64,000 nucleotides of DNA from Polyangiaceae bacterium. GTDB taxonomy: Bacteria; Myxococcota_A; Polyangia; Polyangiales; Polyangiaceae. Numbering within the stretch: the first letter of the stretch is position 1; each line of letters begins with the position of its first letter. The position numbers and the translations under genes are program-made. Shown here piece after piece: positions 39,341 to 47,900 of the stretch. The DNA is taken from assembly GCA_044376115.1 (NCBI GenBank), contig JBILLK010000015.1:168423-232422 (forward strand), in the 5' to 3' direction. The notes beneath the pieces are model-generated. The model was not told the origin of the DNA. It saw only the letters and a program-made list of their open reading frames with translations, and searched no databases.

Positions 39341-40303
39341 ATGGCGAACGTAACGCTGCAACATGAGGCACCTGTCTCGATGCTGCGCGAGACCCCAGCG
39401 GCGCTGCTCGAGCTGCTGGCCCCTGTCGGGCAGGAGGTAGCCGAGGGTTCAGCCATCGCGGTGCTTGACTCCGAACTCACCGAGCCTGCTCCGCTCGCGC
39501 AGCGGGCCGATTTGGTTGCGCTGATCAGCGGGCCGAACGGCACGCCTCTTCGGGCGGTTGTTGTCGAGGTTCAACGGCACCGCGATGAAACCAAGTTGCA
39601 CGCGTGGCTGCTCTACGTTGCGCAGCTCACCAAGCGCTACAACGCGCCAGTCACACTGTTGGTGATAGCTCTCGATAGCGCGGTTGCACGCTGGGCGGGG
39701 AAGGCGCGGCAACTCGGTCCTAACGTAATGTTCGCCCCCACGGTACTATCACCTGGCGTACTTCCCCCAGTGCGCTCCGGTGATGAGGCGCTTGCGCGCC
39801 CACAGGTATCCCTGCTGACGGCGCTCGCGAGGCTTGAGAGCCGCGCGTGGAAGACGCTGTCCCCCAGCGAACAGCAGGAGGTACTGCGCATCTGCATGGC
39901 CTTCGCAGCAAGCGACAATCCCCTTTTGCATGAGACGTACTTGGCCCTGATTGCTAAGTCAGACGCAAACCTTCGCGCTACACTGAGAGATTTGTTGGAG
40001 AGCCACGATATGCAATTGCGGGAGCTAGTGATCAAAGCCTGGAAAGACGAAGGTCGGGCAGAGGGCAAAGCCGAGGGCAAGGCTGAAGGCAAAGCCGAGG
40101 GCAAGGCTGAAGGCAAAGCCGAGGGCAAGGCTGAAGGCAAAGCCGAGGGCAAGGCGGAGACCCTGTTGCACCTATTGAATCGACGCGGCTTCACAGTGGA
40201 CGCCACCCTCGCCCAGCGCATACGCGCGGCGCCGGTTCCTGAGCTCGACGGCTGGCTCGATCGGGTCCTCGACGCATCTCAGCTTGAGGATGTGTTGGGG
40301 TAG
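39341..40303 (+). CDS. Rpn-like PD-(D/E)XK protein with EGKA repeats and DUF4351-like C-terminus
   Basis: RADLV...VVEVQ nuclease motif, nine E-G-[RK]-A repeats, C-terminal LLNRRGF...RIRAA...LDGWLDRVL. Confidence 0.75.
   Translation: MANVTLQHEAPVSMLRETPAALLELLAPVGQEVAEGSAIAVLDSELTEPAPLAQRADLVALISGPNGTPLRAVVVEVQRHRDETKLHAWLLYVAQLTKRYNAPVTLLVIALDSAVARWAGKARQLGPNVMFAPTVLSPGVLPPVRSGDEALARPQVSLLTALARLESRAWKTLSPSEQQEVLRICMAFAASDNPLLHETYLALIAKSDANLRATLRDLLESHDMQLRELVIKAWKDEGRAEGKAEGKAEGKAEGKAEGKAEGKAEGKAEGKAETLLHLLNRRGFTVDATLAQRIRAAPVPELDGWLDRVLDASQLEDVLG
40049..40156 (+). repeat. 12-bp tandem repeat x9 (EGKA)
   Basis: GARGGCAARGCN-type units (first unit encodes EGRA), 108 nt. Confidence 0.9.
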
Positions 40304-40308
40304 ATTGG

Positions 40309-40540
40309 GCCGCCCCCGCGTGCTCGCTCCGCTACGCTTCGCTGTGCTCGCTCCCCCTCCTTAGCCAGGCTTCTCGCTTCGCTCGGCGCGTGGCTGGAGG
40401 GGGCGGCCGCTTGGGCGTTATCGCCATGGCTGGAGGTCGGGCCGCTATTGGCTGAACTTAGCCTGGGCTGTGGCGTCGGGTTAGTACGGGAGTGGGCTAG
40501 TGCCTCAGGGAGGCTTGGAGCTGCAACCATGCAGGGGAGA
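40309..40540 (-). repeat. Rhs-leader repeat, copy 1 (not fused to Rhs)
   Basis: Near-identical to 44568-44810, 46965-47216 and 62417-62668; has a 1-nt deletion in the cagggg run. Confidence 0.92.
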
Positions 40541-40842
40541 CGGATAACATGAATAACCGCTAGTAACGACAAGAGCCACAGGTGGATGAGGCTTACCATC
40601 GTTAGGGCCATTTACCCATAGTTCATCACCCTTACCCGCGGAGTTCCGAGAGCGTGGTCGCACGACTCGCCCATGCGCCATTCAGACTTCTGTTCGAAGA
40701 TGTAGCAACGTCCCGGGCCCAAAAGCGGGTTGGACTACTGCGGCGTTTACTCTCGACTACCTCGTTAGATTGCCCGCAGAGATTGGTGCTTGCCTGGGCA
40801 CCACACGGAGCGTCAGTAAGCCGGTACGGCGTGAGCTTCCAT

Positions 40843-41283
40843 TCAATTCTCTTCGCCTTCCACGTGTGCAACATAGTCTCGCGGCTCGGCTGAAAGGGTG
40901 ACTCCAGACCACGAGCCGCCATTGCGGACATAGACCGCTGCACGATGAGGGTACTTCCCGACGATACTGTCGATTGCGGCAAAGAGAGTCTTGTCGTCTA
41001 CCCAAGTATTGGAACACTCTCCGCAGCCCCAGCGATTTGTCTTCTTGTCGACCAGCTTGTCAGAGATGTCGACGACCCAACCCGTACACCTTGCAACAGG
41101 GCATCGCGCCAGGGGCGCCTCCAATGCCAACTCCTTAGGACCGAGCTCGACTTTAACCGAACGCTTGCATCGGGGGCAATCAACGTATGCTACTGGCATG
41201 CTGCCGGCGCGAGCATGACTCAGGAACGCCTCCTGCTTGGCGCTGAGCTCAAACGTATGATCACGGCACTTGATTGTCGTCAC
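40843..41283 (-). CDS. Zn-ribbon protein, orphan putative immunity; paralog of 43439-44122
   Basis: CPRC, ARCPVARC, WGCGEC..TW, IVGKYPHR..VY shared with the gene downstream of the HNH toxin; GTG start inferred. Confidence 0.65.
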   Translation of the reverse strand: MTTIKCRDHTFELSAKQEAFLSHARAGSMPVAYVDCPRCKRSVKVELGPKELALEAPLARCPVARCTGWVVDISDKLVDKKTNRWGCGECSNTWVDDKTLFAAIDSIVGKYPHRAAVYVRNGGSWSGVTLSAEPRDYVAHVEGEEN

Positions 41284-41339
41284 TTGGTCCCAACAACAAA
41301 CTGTACCATTGGCATGAGGAGGGGAAAACCCATTCAAAC

Positions 41340-41621
41340 TTAACTAGCGTCTCGCATTCCGCCCTCATAGTGATAATGCTCTAAGCTGGCTGACGAAAAT
41401 CGCTCAATGAATCTCGAGCTTCTATGTTCATCTGTCCGCGGAGAAAACCAGCATCGACGGAGCGCATGAACATAGACGCCATCATCAACAGGGTACCGAC
41501 TTAACGTACCAGAGAGCTGGTGCCTCAATATCCATGCCTCAGCTCTCTCAAGTTCAGTAAACACTCCCCCAGGAAATGCGGCCTGGGCGCCTACGAATAT
41601 CCAGACCCACTCGCTATCCAT
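41340..41621 (-). CDS. DUF7710-like putative immunity protein
   Basis: VWIF.G..AAFPGGVF...ERAEAWI....LSGTLSRYPVD.GVY...FSSASLEHYHYE; overlaps the stop of the upstream fragment. Confidence 0.6.
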   Translation of the reverse strand: MDSEWVWIFVGAQAAFPGGVFTELERAEAWILRHQLSGTLSRYPVDDGVYVHALRRCWFSPRTDEHRSSRFIERFSSASLEHYHYEGGMRDAS

Positions 41622-41790
41622 CGGCCCTCTCAAAGCTGTACCAACGTTGTATCTGATCCACCGCTTTTCGGATTGATGATTTGCTTTCCTTCACTACTGT
41701 TGCTTGGGTGAGACTCAACGCAGGGGCGCCATTGATAGGCTTACCTGCCATCCCAATCTTTGTTTCTACACCACCCCCGATCACATGCAA
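41614..41790 (-). pseudogene. Probable orphan toxin C-terminal tip
   Basis: Open frame ...IGMAGKPINGAPAL...IRKAVDQIQRWYSFERADG* with no start of its own, coupled to the immunity-like gene and cut off by the DUF559 fragment. Confidence 0.4.
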
Positions 41791-41958
41791 GGAGGTGGAC
41801 GCGGGTATCACGCTGAGCGCGCCGCCGCAGACGCCCGCAGGGATAGAGGCCTTGAGCGTCTTGGCTTTAGCGTGCTTCGGGTTTCGCATGACGCCGTCGT
41901 GAATCGGCTGGAGGCTGTGCTCGGCTTGGTCCGGCGGGCGCTTGGCCCACCAAGCTAA
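41791..41958 (+). pseudogene. 3' half of a DUF559 endonuclease gene (duplicate of ~47732-47900)
   Basis: Near-identical DNA to the intact copy, with a 1-nt deletion at gacg(g)cggg and no 5' half. Confidence 0.85.
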
Positions 41959-42449
41959 CTCCCTCCAACATACATGATCCAAAACGGAGCACCGGTCGTA
42001 CCAGCCAGCTCTTCGCAAGCGCGCAAAAGGTCGTTGCAGGGTGGCTGATAGGGGATCGCCAGCGCTGCGAGAAACATAGCCCCACTCTGCGCAACGATAG
42101 AACGGTCCTCGCTCTTTGCATGGTCCTCCAGCCAAACTCGACCATCGACAGTACGGACAACTCGATCTGCCTCGAATCGACCGACAACAGTTTCGCTTGT
42201 TCCTACTTTTACAACAGTCGCCCTATCTATCGGAACGAACTCAAAACCACGCAGTTCTGCGCGACGGACGTCGTACCTTGCAAGTAAGTCTACCAGTGGA
42301 TCCGCTGAAACGACTGTTTCCAAGAGACACTTAAACTCGAAGGTCCGTCGAACATCCTCTGCTTCATCTGGATCAAGCCCATATTCCAATAGAGACTCGG
42401 TCTCTGGTCTGCGCGCCTCGATCGTGGCAACAAACTGATTAGCATCCAC
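41955..42449 (-). CDS. Putative immunity protein for the HHH-motif nuclease toxin
   Basis: GTG start overlaps the TAG of the toxin tip (TAGTG); 164-aa acidic protein. Confidence 0.6.
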   Translation of the reverse strand: MDANQFVATIEARRPETESLLEYGLDPDEAEDVRRTFEFKCLLETVVSADPLVDLLARYDVRRAELRGFEFVPIDRATVVKVGTSETVVGRFEADRVVRTVDGRVWLEDHAKSEDRSIVAQSGAMFLAALAIPYQPPCNDLLRACEELAGTTGAPFWIMYVGGS

Positions 42450-42605
42450 TAGTGAAGAACTCCACTCCAGGCCTCATGCACGCTTTTGGGAAGCGGCACG
42501 GCATTCGGTCCGTGGTCAATATGGTGATGGCGCAATACTTCTCTTTGAAAATCGATATAAGCCCTAGCCGCCAGCCAACGATCATCGCGAGCGGACGATA
42601 CTCAA
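42449..42605 (-). pseudogene. Orphan HNH-fold toxin tip with HHH motif (Tox-HNH-HHH-like)
   Basis: Frame not in the ORF track: ...DDRWLAARAYIDFQREVLRHHHIDHGPNAVPLPKSVHEAWSGVLH*; in-frame stop upstream. Confidence 0.6.
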
Positions 42606-42799
42606 TAACTACCGGCTCGCTTGCCATCAAACAGGTGAATGTTGCGGTGAGCCCAGAGAGATTCCAGCTCACTAACCGGGGCACTGGGCAGAAGCGTGCT
42701 TGTTCGGCCGCCGCTCCTTAATCGCCTCGTCTATGGCATTTCTTTTCGGAGATCTTCGACCGCGGGCCCGCATTTCCGTACTTCCTGTTGCCATCTAAG

Positions 42800-43312
42800 C
42801 TACTCGTCTTCCTTTTCGCCCACATCACCATACTGTCGCTCAAGAAACTCCTGTTGCTCCTCCTCCCACTTGTCGTGCCTGTACTCCCCGTAGCGTTCTA
42901 GATGTCGCCAGTGGATCCCTGCTAAGTAAAATCTACCGTCGGTGGGTACGGGAACCGCTCGAGCTTTGACGAGTTCCTCCAGTTTCGGGAGATCAGCTGC
43001 AGGCATGTTGTCCGCTAGCTCGAGTGGCGAGGCTGAGAAGTCCCGCCAAGCAGCAATTGGCTTCCCTAAGAACCTCTCAAGGCAGGCCGCTGCGGCCCTC
43101 ACATCAGGAAACTCTCCCACCAGCTTAAGGGCGCCGTCGTCTTCGCCAAAAGAATAGTCCGCAGCTCTGACGAACTCGATCGTCACAGAAGCGTCCTCGT
43201 GGATTTGGGTCAGTCTCACGTACCCCTCAGCTTCGACCGCAAGCCTCGCGTCGATGATTATGCTGTGGCCCCCCGCTACGCGCAATACGCGCTCTAGTTC
43301 ATTGACGTCCAT
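42800..43312 (-). CDS. Hypothetical acidic protein, putative immunity
   Basis: 170-aa ORF inside the cassette array, directly after a short toxin-tip-like frame (..GHAQNPHYNSYFLNGKKGAILVRTD*, ~43322-43425). Confidence 0.55.
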   Translation of the reverse strand: MDVNELERVLRVAGGHSIIIDARLAVEAEGYVRLTQIHEDASVTIEFVRAADYSFGEDDGALKLVGEFPDVRAAAACLERFLGKPIAAWRDFSASPLELADNMPAADLPKLEELVKARAVPVPTDGRFYLAGIHWRHLERYGEYRHDKWEEEQQEFLERQYGDVGEKEDE

Positions 43313-43438
43313 ATTACTCTCTCAGTCGGTGCGGACTAAGATCGCGCCCTTCTTGCCATTTAGAAAGTACGAGTTGTAATGCGGATTCTGAGCGTGCCCC
43401 AGATTCGAAACCTTCGTCGGGCAGATAGCCCATGCCCG

Positions 43439-44122
43439 TCAGCCTCGTCGCGCCTTCTTGGTCGCAGGCTTCTTGGTCGCAGGCTTCTTGGTCGCAGGCT
43501 TCTTGGTCGCAGCCTTCTTCGTTGCGGCCTTCTTCGTTGCGGCCTTCTTCGTTGCGGCCTTCTTCGTTGCGGGCTTCTTCGTTGCGGGCTTCTTCGTTGC
43601 GGGCTTCTTCGTTGCGGGCTTCTTCGTTGCAGGCTTCTTCGTTGCAGCCTTCTTGGGCAAGCCCTCTTTCGCAACATCGTCTTCGTAGCCAGACAACTCT
43701 CTCACTCGCCCCGTCCACGAAGACTTGTTCCATACATAGGCTTTTCGCCTGTGCGCGTACTGCGACACGATTCGGGCAATCTGCGCTTGAAGCTCACCAT
43801 CGTCTTTCCACGTGGTTCCACAAGAACCGCAACCCCACATCGCAAAGCCGACCCCATTTATCCCGTCTAATTGTGAAACATACCCAGCACACCTCTCCAC
43901 GGGACAACGTGCCGGAGCGACTTCGACATTCACACCCCTACTCAATGGGCTCTGCGGATCTACGCCGGCTCCTCCACGACACAAAGCACACTTGAGCACT
44001 ATGAATCGCATGCCCTTCAAACGCGACGCTAGTAAATACTGCTGTTGCTTCGGGTCCAATGAGAATACCCGACGGCATACTTCGCAGTAAACAGCATCAC
44101 CTTTAAGCCTAGTTTTTCCCAT
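43439..44122 (-). CDS. Zn-ribbon putative immunity protein with histone-H1-like (KKxAT)13 tail
   Basis: CEVC, CALC, CPVERC and CGSC motifs; start overlaps the 3' end of the HNH toxin ORF. Confidence 0.7.
   Translation of the reverse strand: MGKTRLKGDAVYCEVCRRVFSLDPKQQQYLLASRLKGMRFIVLKCALCRGGAGVDPQSPLSRGVNVEVAPARCPVERCAGYVSQLDGINGVGFAMWGCGSCGTTWKDDGELQAQIARIVSQYAHRRKAYVWNKSSWTGRVRELSGYEDDVAKEGLPKKAATKKPATKKPATKKPATKKPATKKPATKKAATKKAATKKAATKKAATKKPATKKPATKKPATKKARRG
43460..43654 (-). repeat. 15-bp tandem repeat x13 encoding KK[PA]AT
   Basis: 195 nt of AAGAAG(C/G)CNGCRACS units. Confidence 0.92.
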
Positions 44123-44786
44123 ACAGATTCTCTCCCTCAGGATACCAATGCAGCTCTCGATTCTTAGCGCGATGCGTGCGCTTGTTCATGAGAATGAGAT
44201 TCGAACGAGCATTTGTTCCACCTCTAAACATAGGTTTCATGTGGTGAACGACCATTCCCTTGGGAACCTTACCAGCTGCCAAACGTAGCAAGGCCGCCTT
44301 GCTAAACGCCTCGGGTGCGTCTGGAGTGGTTGCCATCCACTTCAGGAACCGCTCGCGAGCTCCACCCGCCTTATCGAATGCCTCGCGCAGCTCCTTAACT
44401 TTCTCTACTGACCGCTTACGGACTTTACAAGTGAGCCCCAGCGGGTCCCACCACCCTAGCGGCTCATGCACATACCCATACAGCGCCTCCCCGCCCAAGA
44501 GCCCTATTGGGTCTTCGCTGAGGTACCGGCCTAGCTCGGGGTCGTAGTAGCGGTATCGGTTGGTGATGCCGCCCCCGCGTGCTCGCTCCGCTACGCTTCG
44601 CTGTGCTCGCTCCCCCTCCTTAGCCAGGCTTCTCGCTGCGCTCGGCGCGTGGCTGGAGGGGGCGGCCGCTTGGGCGTTATCGCCATGGCTGGAGGTCCGG
44701 CCGCTATTGGCTGAACTTAGCCTTGGCTGTGGCGTCGGGTCAGTACGGGAGTGGGCTAGTGCCTCGGGGGAGGCTTGGAGCGGCAA
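44109..44786 (-). CDS. Minimal Rhs toxin: leader repeat + Rhs core terminus + HNH nuclease tip
   Basis: [20 protein letters not shown]...DPLGL, then VVHHMKPMFRGGTNARSNLILM...H; no ATG upstream in frame, so possibly silent. Confidence 0.75.
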   Translation of the reverse strand: MPLQASPEALAHSRTDPTPQPRLSSANSGRTSSHGDNAQAAAPSSHAPSAARSLAKEGERAQRSVAERARGGGITNRYRYYDPELGRYLSEDPIGLLGGEALYGYVHEPLGWWDPLGLTCKVRKRSVEKVKELREAFDKAGGARERFLKWMATTPDAPEAFSKAALLRLAAGKVPKGMVVHHMKPMFRGGTNARSNLILMNKRTHRAKNRELHWYPEGENLYGKN

Positions 44787-44810
44787 CCATGCAGGGGAGA
44801 GGAGAATGGC
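44568..44810 (-). repeat. Rhs-leader repeat, copy 2
   Basis: Near-identical to the other three copies. Confidence 0.92.
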
Positions 44811-44901
44811 TGCGTGAGCTGCGTGTTGGCAAAGAGTACCGACGCCTTCGCATAACGCGTCATGAACAGGCCATTGCGGGAAGCTCCCGGTTCTTCTACG
44901 C

Positions 44902-45792
44902 TTACTTCAGCGCCGCCTGCCTCTCCTCAAAATGACGCTTAAAGTCTTTGCGCTTATGACTGTAGTGCCTTCGGTCGACACTAAACCAACTATTCCGCAG
45001 CGACTTCGATTCCAATACTGGAGACAAGTCGCCATCCAAACAGTTCCAGAATGAAAGGTCCTCTAGGTACGGCAACTCTTTCACAAACTCGAGTGAGTCG
45101 ACCTTGTCGATGAACAGCTTCTTGACTGCTTTCAGGTGAGAAAGAAAGGATTGATCTAGGCGCTTGCACGCTTCAACGTGGATGGTTCGCAAGATTGGAC
45201 ACGACTCGAGCGCGGAGGCATCGAGAAGAATAGGCGCCGCCACCAGCTTTAGGCACTCAAGTTCAGTCAGACTCTCGAGGCCGGCTAACGTTTTCGTCTT
45301 AGTAGTTTGGAGGCAGATCGACCTTAAAGAGCTCACCCCGCGGACAAACCTACAATCGCTTTCTCGAGAACCCATATAAGAAAGCGAAGTCAATGGAGCG
45401 CCGCCCAAAACAACGGGCCGCGCACCGCTGACAAACAGCTTGCCAAGGTTCGGGAATCGATTCAGGTCCACGTTAAAGCAGCCCACCGCTAATTCTGTGA
45501 GGGTTGTGCCCAGGGAGTACAGAGCCTCAATGTTTTCTATCTTCAGCTTCGTCCCCAGAGAAGCCAAATGGAAGGCCACGTCAACCGACGTCACCCACTG
45601 CTGACCCCATAGCGGAGCGAGATCGAGCGTTTGCGAGTCGCTTTCACTGGAGCCGTAGAATGGGGGCACGACCCGTAGCCTCGTTATCCCCTTTCGTTTC
45701 GCGAAGTTTACCCCTTCACGGAGGTACCTGTAGTCGATCCGAACGTCCCCTACGAGAGGAACCGATTCGTACTTCTCGCAGGTCCGCATCAC
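44902..45792 (-). CDS. Leucine-rich-repeat protein, putative immunity
   Basis: LxxLxL repeats, DGDLSPVL...RHYSHK C-cap; 4-bp overlap with the toxin stop. Confidence 0.8.
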   Translation of the reverse strand: MMRTCEKYESVPLVGDVRIDYRYLREGVNFAKRKGITRLRVVPPFYGSSESDSQTLDLAPLWGQQWVTSVDVAFHLASLGTKLKIENIEALYSLGTTLTELAVGCFNVDLNRFPNLGKLFVSGARPVVLGGAPLTSLSYMGSRESDCRFVRGVSSLRSICLQTTKTKTLAGLESLTELECLKLVAAPILLDASALESCPILRTIHVEACKRLDQSFLSHLKAVKKLFIDKVDSLEFVKELPYLEDLSFWNCLDGDLSPVLESKSLRNSWFSVDRRHYSHKRKDFKRHFEERQAALK

Positions 45793-47336
45793 TTGCAGGA
45801 AGCCTTGAACTTCCGCTCTACTTTGAGCGCGTTTTTCTTCACTTCCTCTTTAATTGCTTCGTTCTCTAGGCCATCCAATAGCTTTCTACCCTTCGAGTGT
45901 ATGCTATTTGCAAATGTAGAGCTGTCAACCGCGTTATATTTGTCGATTAGCCATTGCTCAACCATCAGCCCCATATTGTTGTCTCCAAAGTCGATATGAG
46001 CCCAGTTCTTGGCATTATCGGACCCACCGATCCGCTCCTTCATTGATTGAAGCATTCGATCGTATGGGCCTTTCCCGATGTAGGAAGTGGTCCCGTCTGA
46101 AAAGAAGTAAGTTCCTGTGAGCCCAAACGGGTCCCACCACCCCAGCGGCTCATGCACATACCCGTACAGCGCCTCCCCGCCCAAGAGCCCAATCGGGTCC
46201 TCGCTGAGGTAACGGCCTAGCTCGGGATCGTAATAGCGGAATCGGTTGTAGTAGAGCCCTGTCTCAGCGTCTTCATACTGGCCGGGGAAGCGCCAGGGGT
46301 TGTCGGTCTTGTCCTCTGGGCGAACAGCGGCGCCTTCTTCTCTGGGAACGCCGTAAATATCGAGCTGGGCTTGCCATGCGACGCGGCCGGCTTCCGTTGC
46401 TAGTAGCGTTGGGCTTCCGAGGTGGTCGCTGACGATGCCGTAGCGTTTCCTACCTTCGATCTTAGCTAATGGTGTGAAGGTTCCGGGTTCTTGGATCCAG
46501 GTGGTTAGTGGGGAGCTCTGGCCGGACTTATTGTCGGTCGTTCTTTCATGGATGAGGTCGTCGCCGTCCCAGATGTATTCGGTGATTTTGTCGTCGTAGG
46601 TCTTGGAGGTTCGGCGACCGAAGGTGTCGTAGGTAAAGGTGACGGTCTTTCCGTCTGGGCGGGTGACTTGGGTGAGCTCTCCTTGGGGGCTCCAGAGGTA
46701 GTGCCAGGTGGCTCCGTCGCTGAGGACCTTTTTGGTGAGGAAGCCGTCGGGGTCTACTGTGTATTGGGTGCCGTTGGCTTGTTGGATGACGCCGCCGGGG
46801 CCGTAGTGGCGGTCGGTTTTGTCTTGGCTTCGGAAGAGGTTGCCGGCGGGGTCGCTTTGTCGGTCGAGGGTTTCTCCGCTGGAGAAGATTTGGCGGATGA
46901 GGTGGCCTCTTGGGTCGTATTGGTATTGGGAGGCGGTTAGGGTTTTGCCGTTGGGGGTGGATAAGCCGCCCCCGCGTGCTCGCTCCGCTACGCTTCGCTG
47001 TGCTCGCTCCCCCTCCTTAGCCAGGCTTCTCGCTTCGCTCGGCGCGTGGCTGGAGGGGGCGGTCGCTTGGGCGATATCGCCATGGCTGGAGGCCGGGCCG
47101 CTATTGGCTGAACTTAGCCTGGGCTGTGGCTTCTGGTTAGTACGGGAGTGGACTAGTGCCTCAGGGGAGGCTTCGAGCTGCAACCATGCAGGGGAGAGGA
47201 GAATGGCGGATTGAGCCGACAGACTCGAGCGCGCGTTGAAGATTATTACGGTTAGTATTGTGACCAGCCAGAGCTGGACGCGGAGTGTCCACCTCACGTG
47301 CGCTGCCGGATACTTCCGCACGAACCTATGTCGCAT
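45789..47336 (-). CDS. Short Rhs protein with signal-like leader and GIY-YIG-like toxin tip
   Basis: YD repeats, [29 protein letters not shown]-...-DPFGL, tip GTYFF...SYIGKG...R...E...N. Confidence 0.85.
   Translation of the reverse strand: MRHRFVRKYPAAHVRWTLRVQLWLVTILTVIIFNARSSLSAQSAILLSPAWLQLEASPEALVHSRTNQKPQPRLSSANSGPASSHGDIAQATAPSSHAPSEARSLAKEGERAQRSVAERARGGGLSTPNGKTLTASQYQYDPRGHLIRQIFSSGETLDRQSDPAGNLFRSQDKTDRHYGPGGVIQQANGTQYTVDPDGFLTKKVLSDGATWHYLWSPQGELTQVTRPDGKTVTFTYDTFGRRTSKTYDDKITEYIWDGDDLIHERTTDNKSGQSSPLTTWIQEPGTFTPLAKIEGRKRYGIVSDHLGSPTLLATEAGRVAWQAQLDIYGVPREEGAAVRPEDKTDNPWRFPGQYEDAETGLYYNRFRYYDPELGRYLSEDPIGLLGGEALYGYVHEPLGWWDPFGLTGTYFFSDGTTSYIGKGPYDRMLQSMKERIGGSDNAKNWAHIDFGDNNMGLMVEQWLIDKYNAVDSSTFANSIHSKGRKLLDGLENEAIKEEVKKNALKVERKFKASCK
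46965..47216 (-). repeat. Rhs-leader repeat, copy 3
   Basis: Near-identical to the other three copies. Confidence 0.92.
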
Positions 47337-47347
47337 AGTAGCGCGCT

Positions 47348-47522
47348 CTCCCAAGCCCCGCGGGGACCGGGGGCTTCTCCCGTCGCGCACGCTCTGTCCC
47401 GGGCTTGGGTCATAAGGCGGTTACCTAGGCTCTGGATCGTTTGGTCGCTTCGACCGGCCCAAGCCCGTAACAGATCCTGCGCTTGGGAGGGAGAAGCCCC
47501 CGGTCCCCGCGGGGCTTGGGAG
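47348..47522. repeat. Perfect 34-bp inverted repeat enclosing 107 bp, with a nested 10-bp IR
   Basis: CTCCCAAGCCCCGCGGGGACCGGGGGCTTCTCCC (47348-47381) and its reverse complement (47489-47522); inner CGGGCTTGGG/CCCAAGCCCG. Confidence 0.92.
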
Positions 47523-47528
47523 GTCCTT

Positions 47529-47900
47529 ATGCGCTCATTTCCAAAGCCTCGTGCTCGTTCATCCGCCCTCACCGCCAGTCGTGCGGCCAGTATGCGCTCT
47601 TCGCCCACTCTTTCGGAGGCGCGGCTGTGGGAGTCGCTTCGCGGTTCACGGCTGGGAGTGCCGTTTCGCCGGCAGGTTCCAGTGGGCCGGTACATCGCTG
47701 ACTTCCTGGCTCCTTCCGCCAAGCTCGTTGTGGAGGTGGACGGCGGGTATCACGCTGAGCGCGCCGCGGCGGACGCCCGCAGAGATAGAGACCTTGAGCG
47801 TCTTGGCTTTAGCGTGCTTCGGGTCTCGCATGACGCCGTCATGAATCAGCTGGAGGCCGTGCTCGCCTTGGTGCGGCGGGCGCTTGGCCTGGCGCATTAG
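47529..47900 (+). CDS. DUF559 (Vsr-like) endonuclease domain protein
   Basis: MRSSPTLSEARLWESLR...FRRQVPVGRYIADF...LVVEVDGGYH...DARRD..L...GFSVLR. Confidence 0.9.
   Translation: MRSFPKPRARSSALTASRAASMRSSPTLSEARLWESLRGSRLGVPFRRQVPVGRYIADFLAPSAKLVVEVDGGYHAERAAADARRDRDLERLGFSVLRVSHDAVMNQLEAVLALVRRALGLAH

Noticed and set aside
40309..40540. Leader repeat as an integron attC site
   Set aside because: GTT and AAC words are in the GTT...AAC order rather than RYYYAAC...GTTRRRY, the repeat sits at gene 5' ends, and no integron integrase is present.
43314..43995. Alternative-frame ORFs with EEARN / RRSPQ / CGLLR / VAGFF repeats
   Set aside because: Other frames of the 15-bp repeat; only the KKxAT frame continues a protein that has a paralog in the window.
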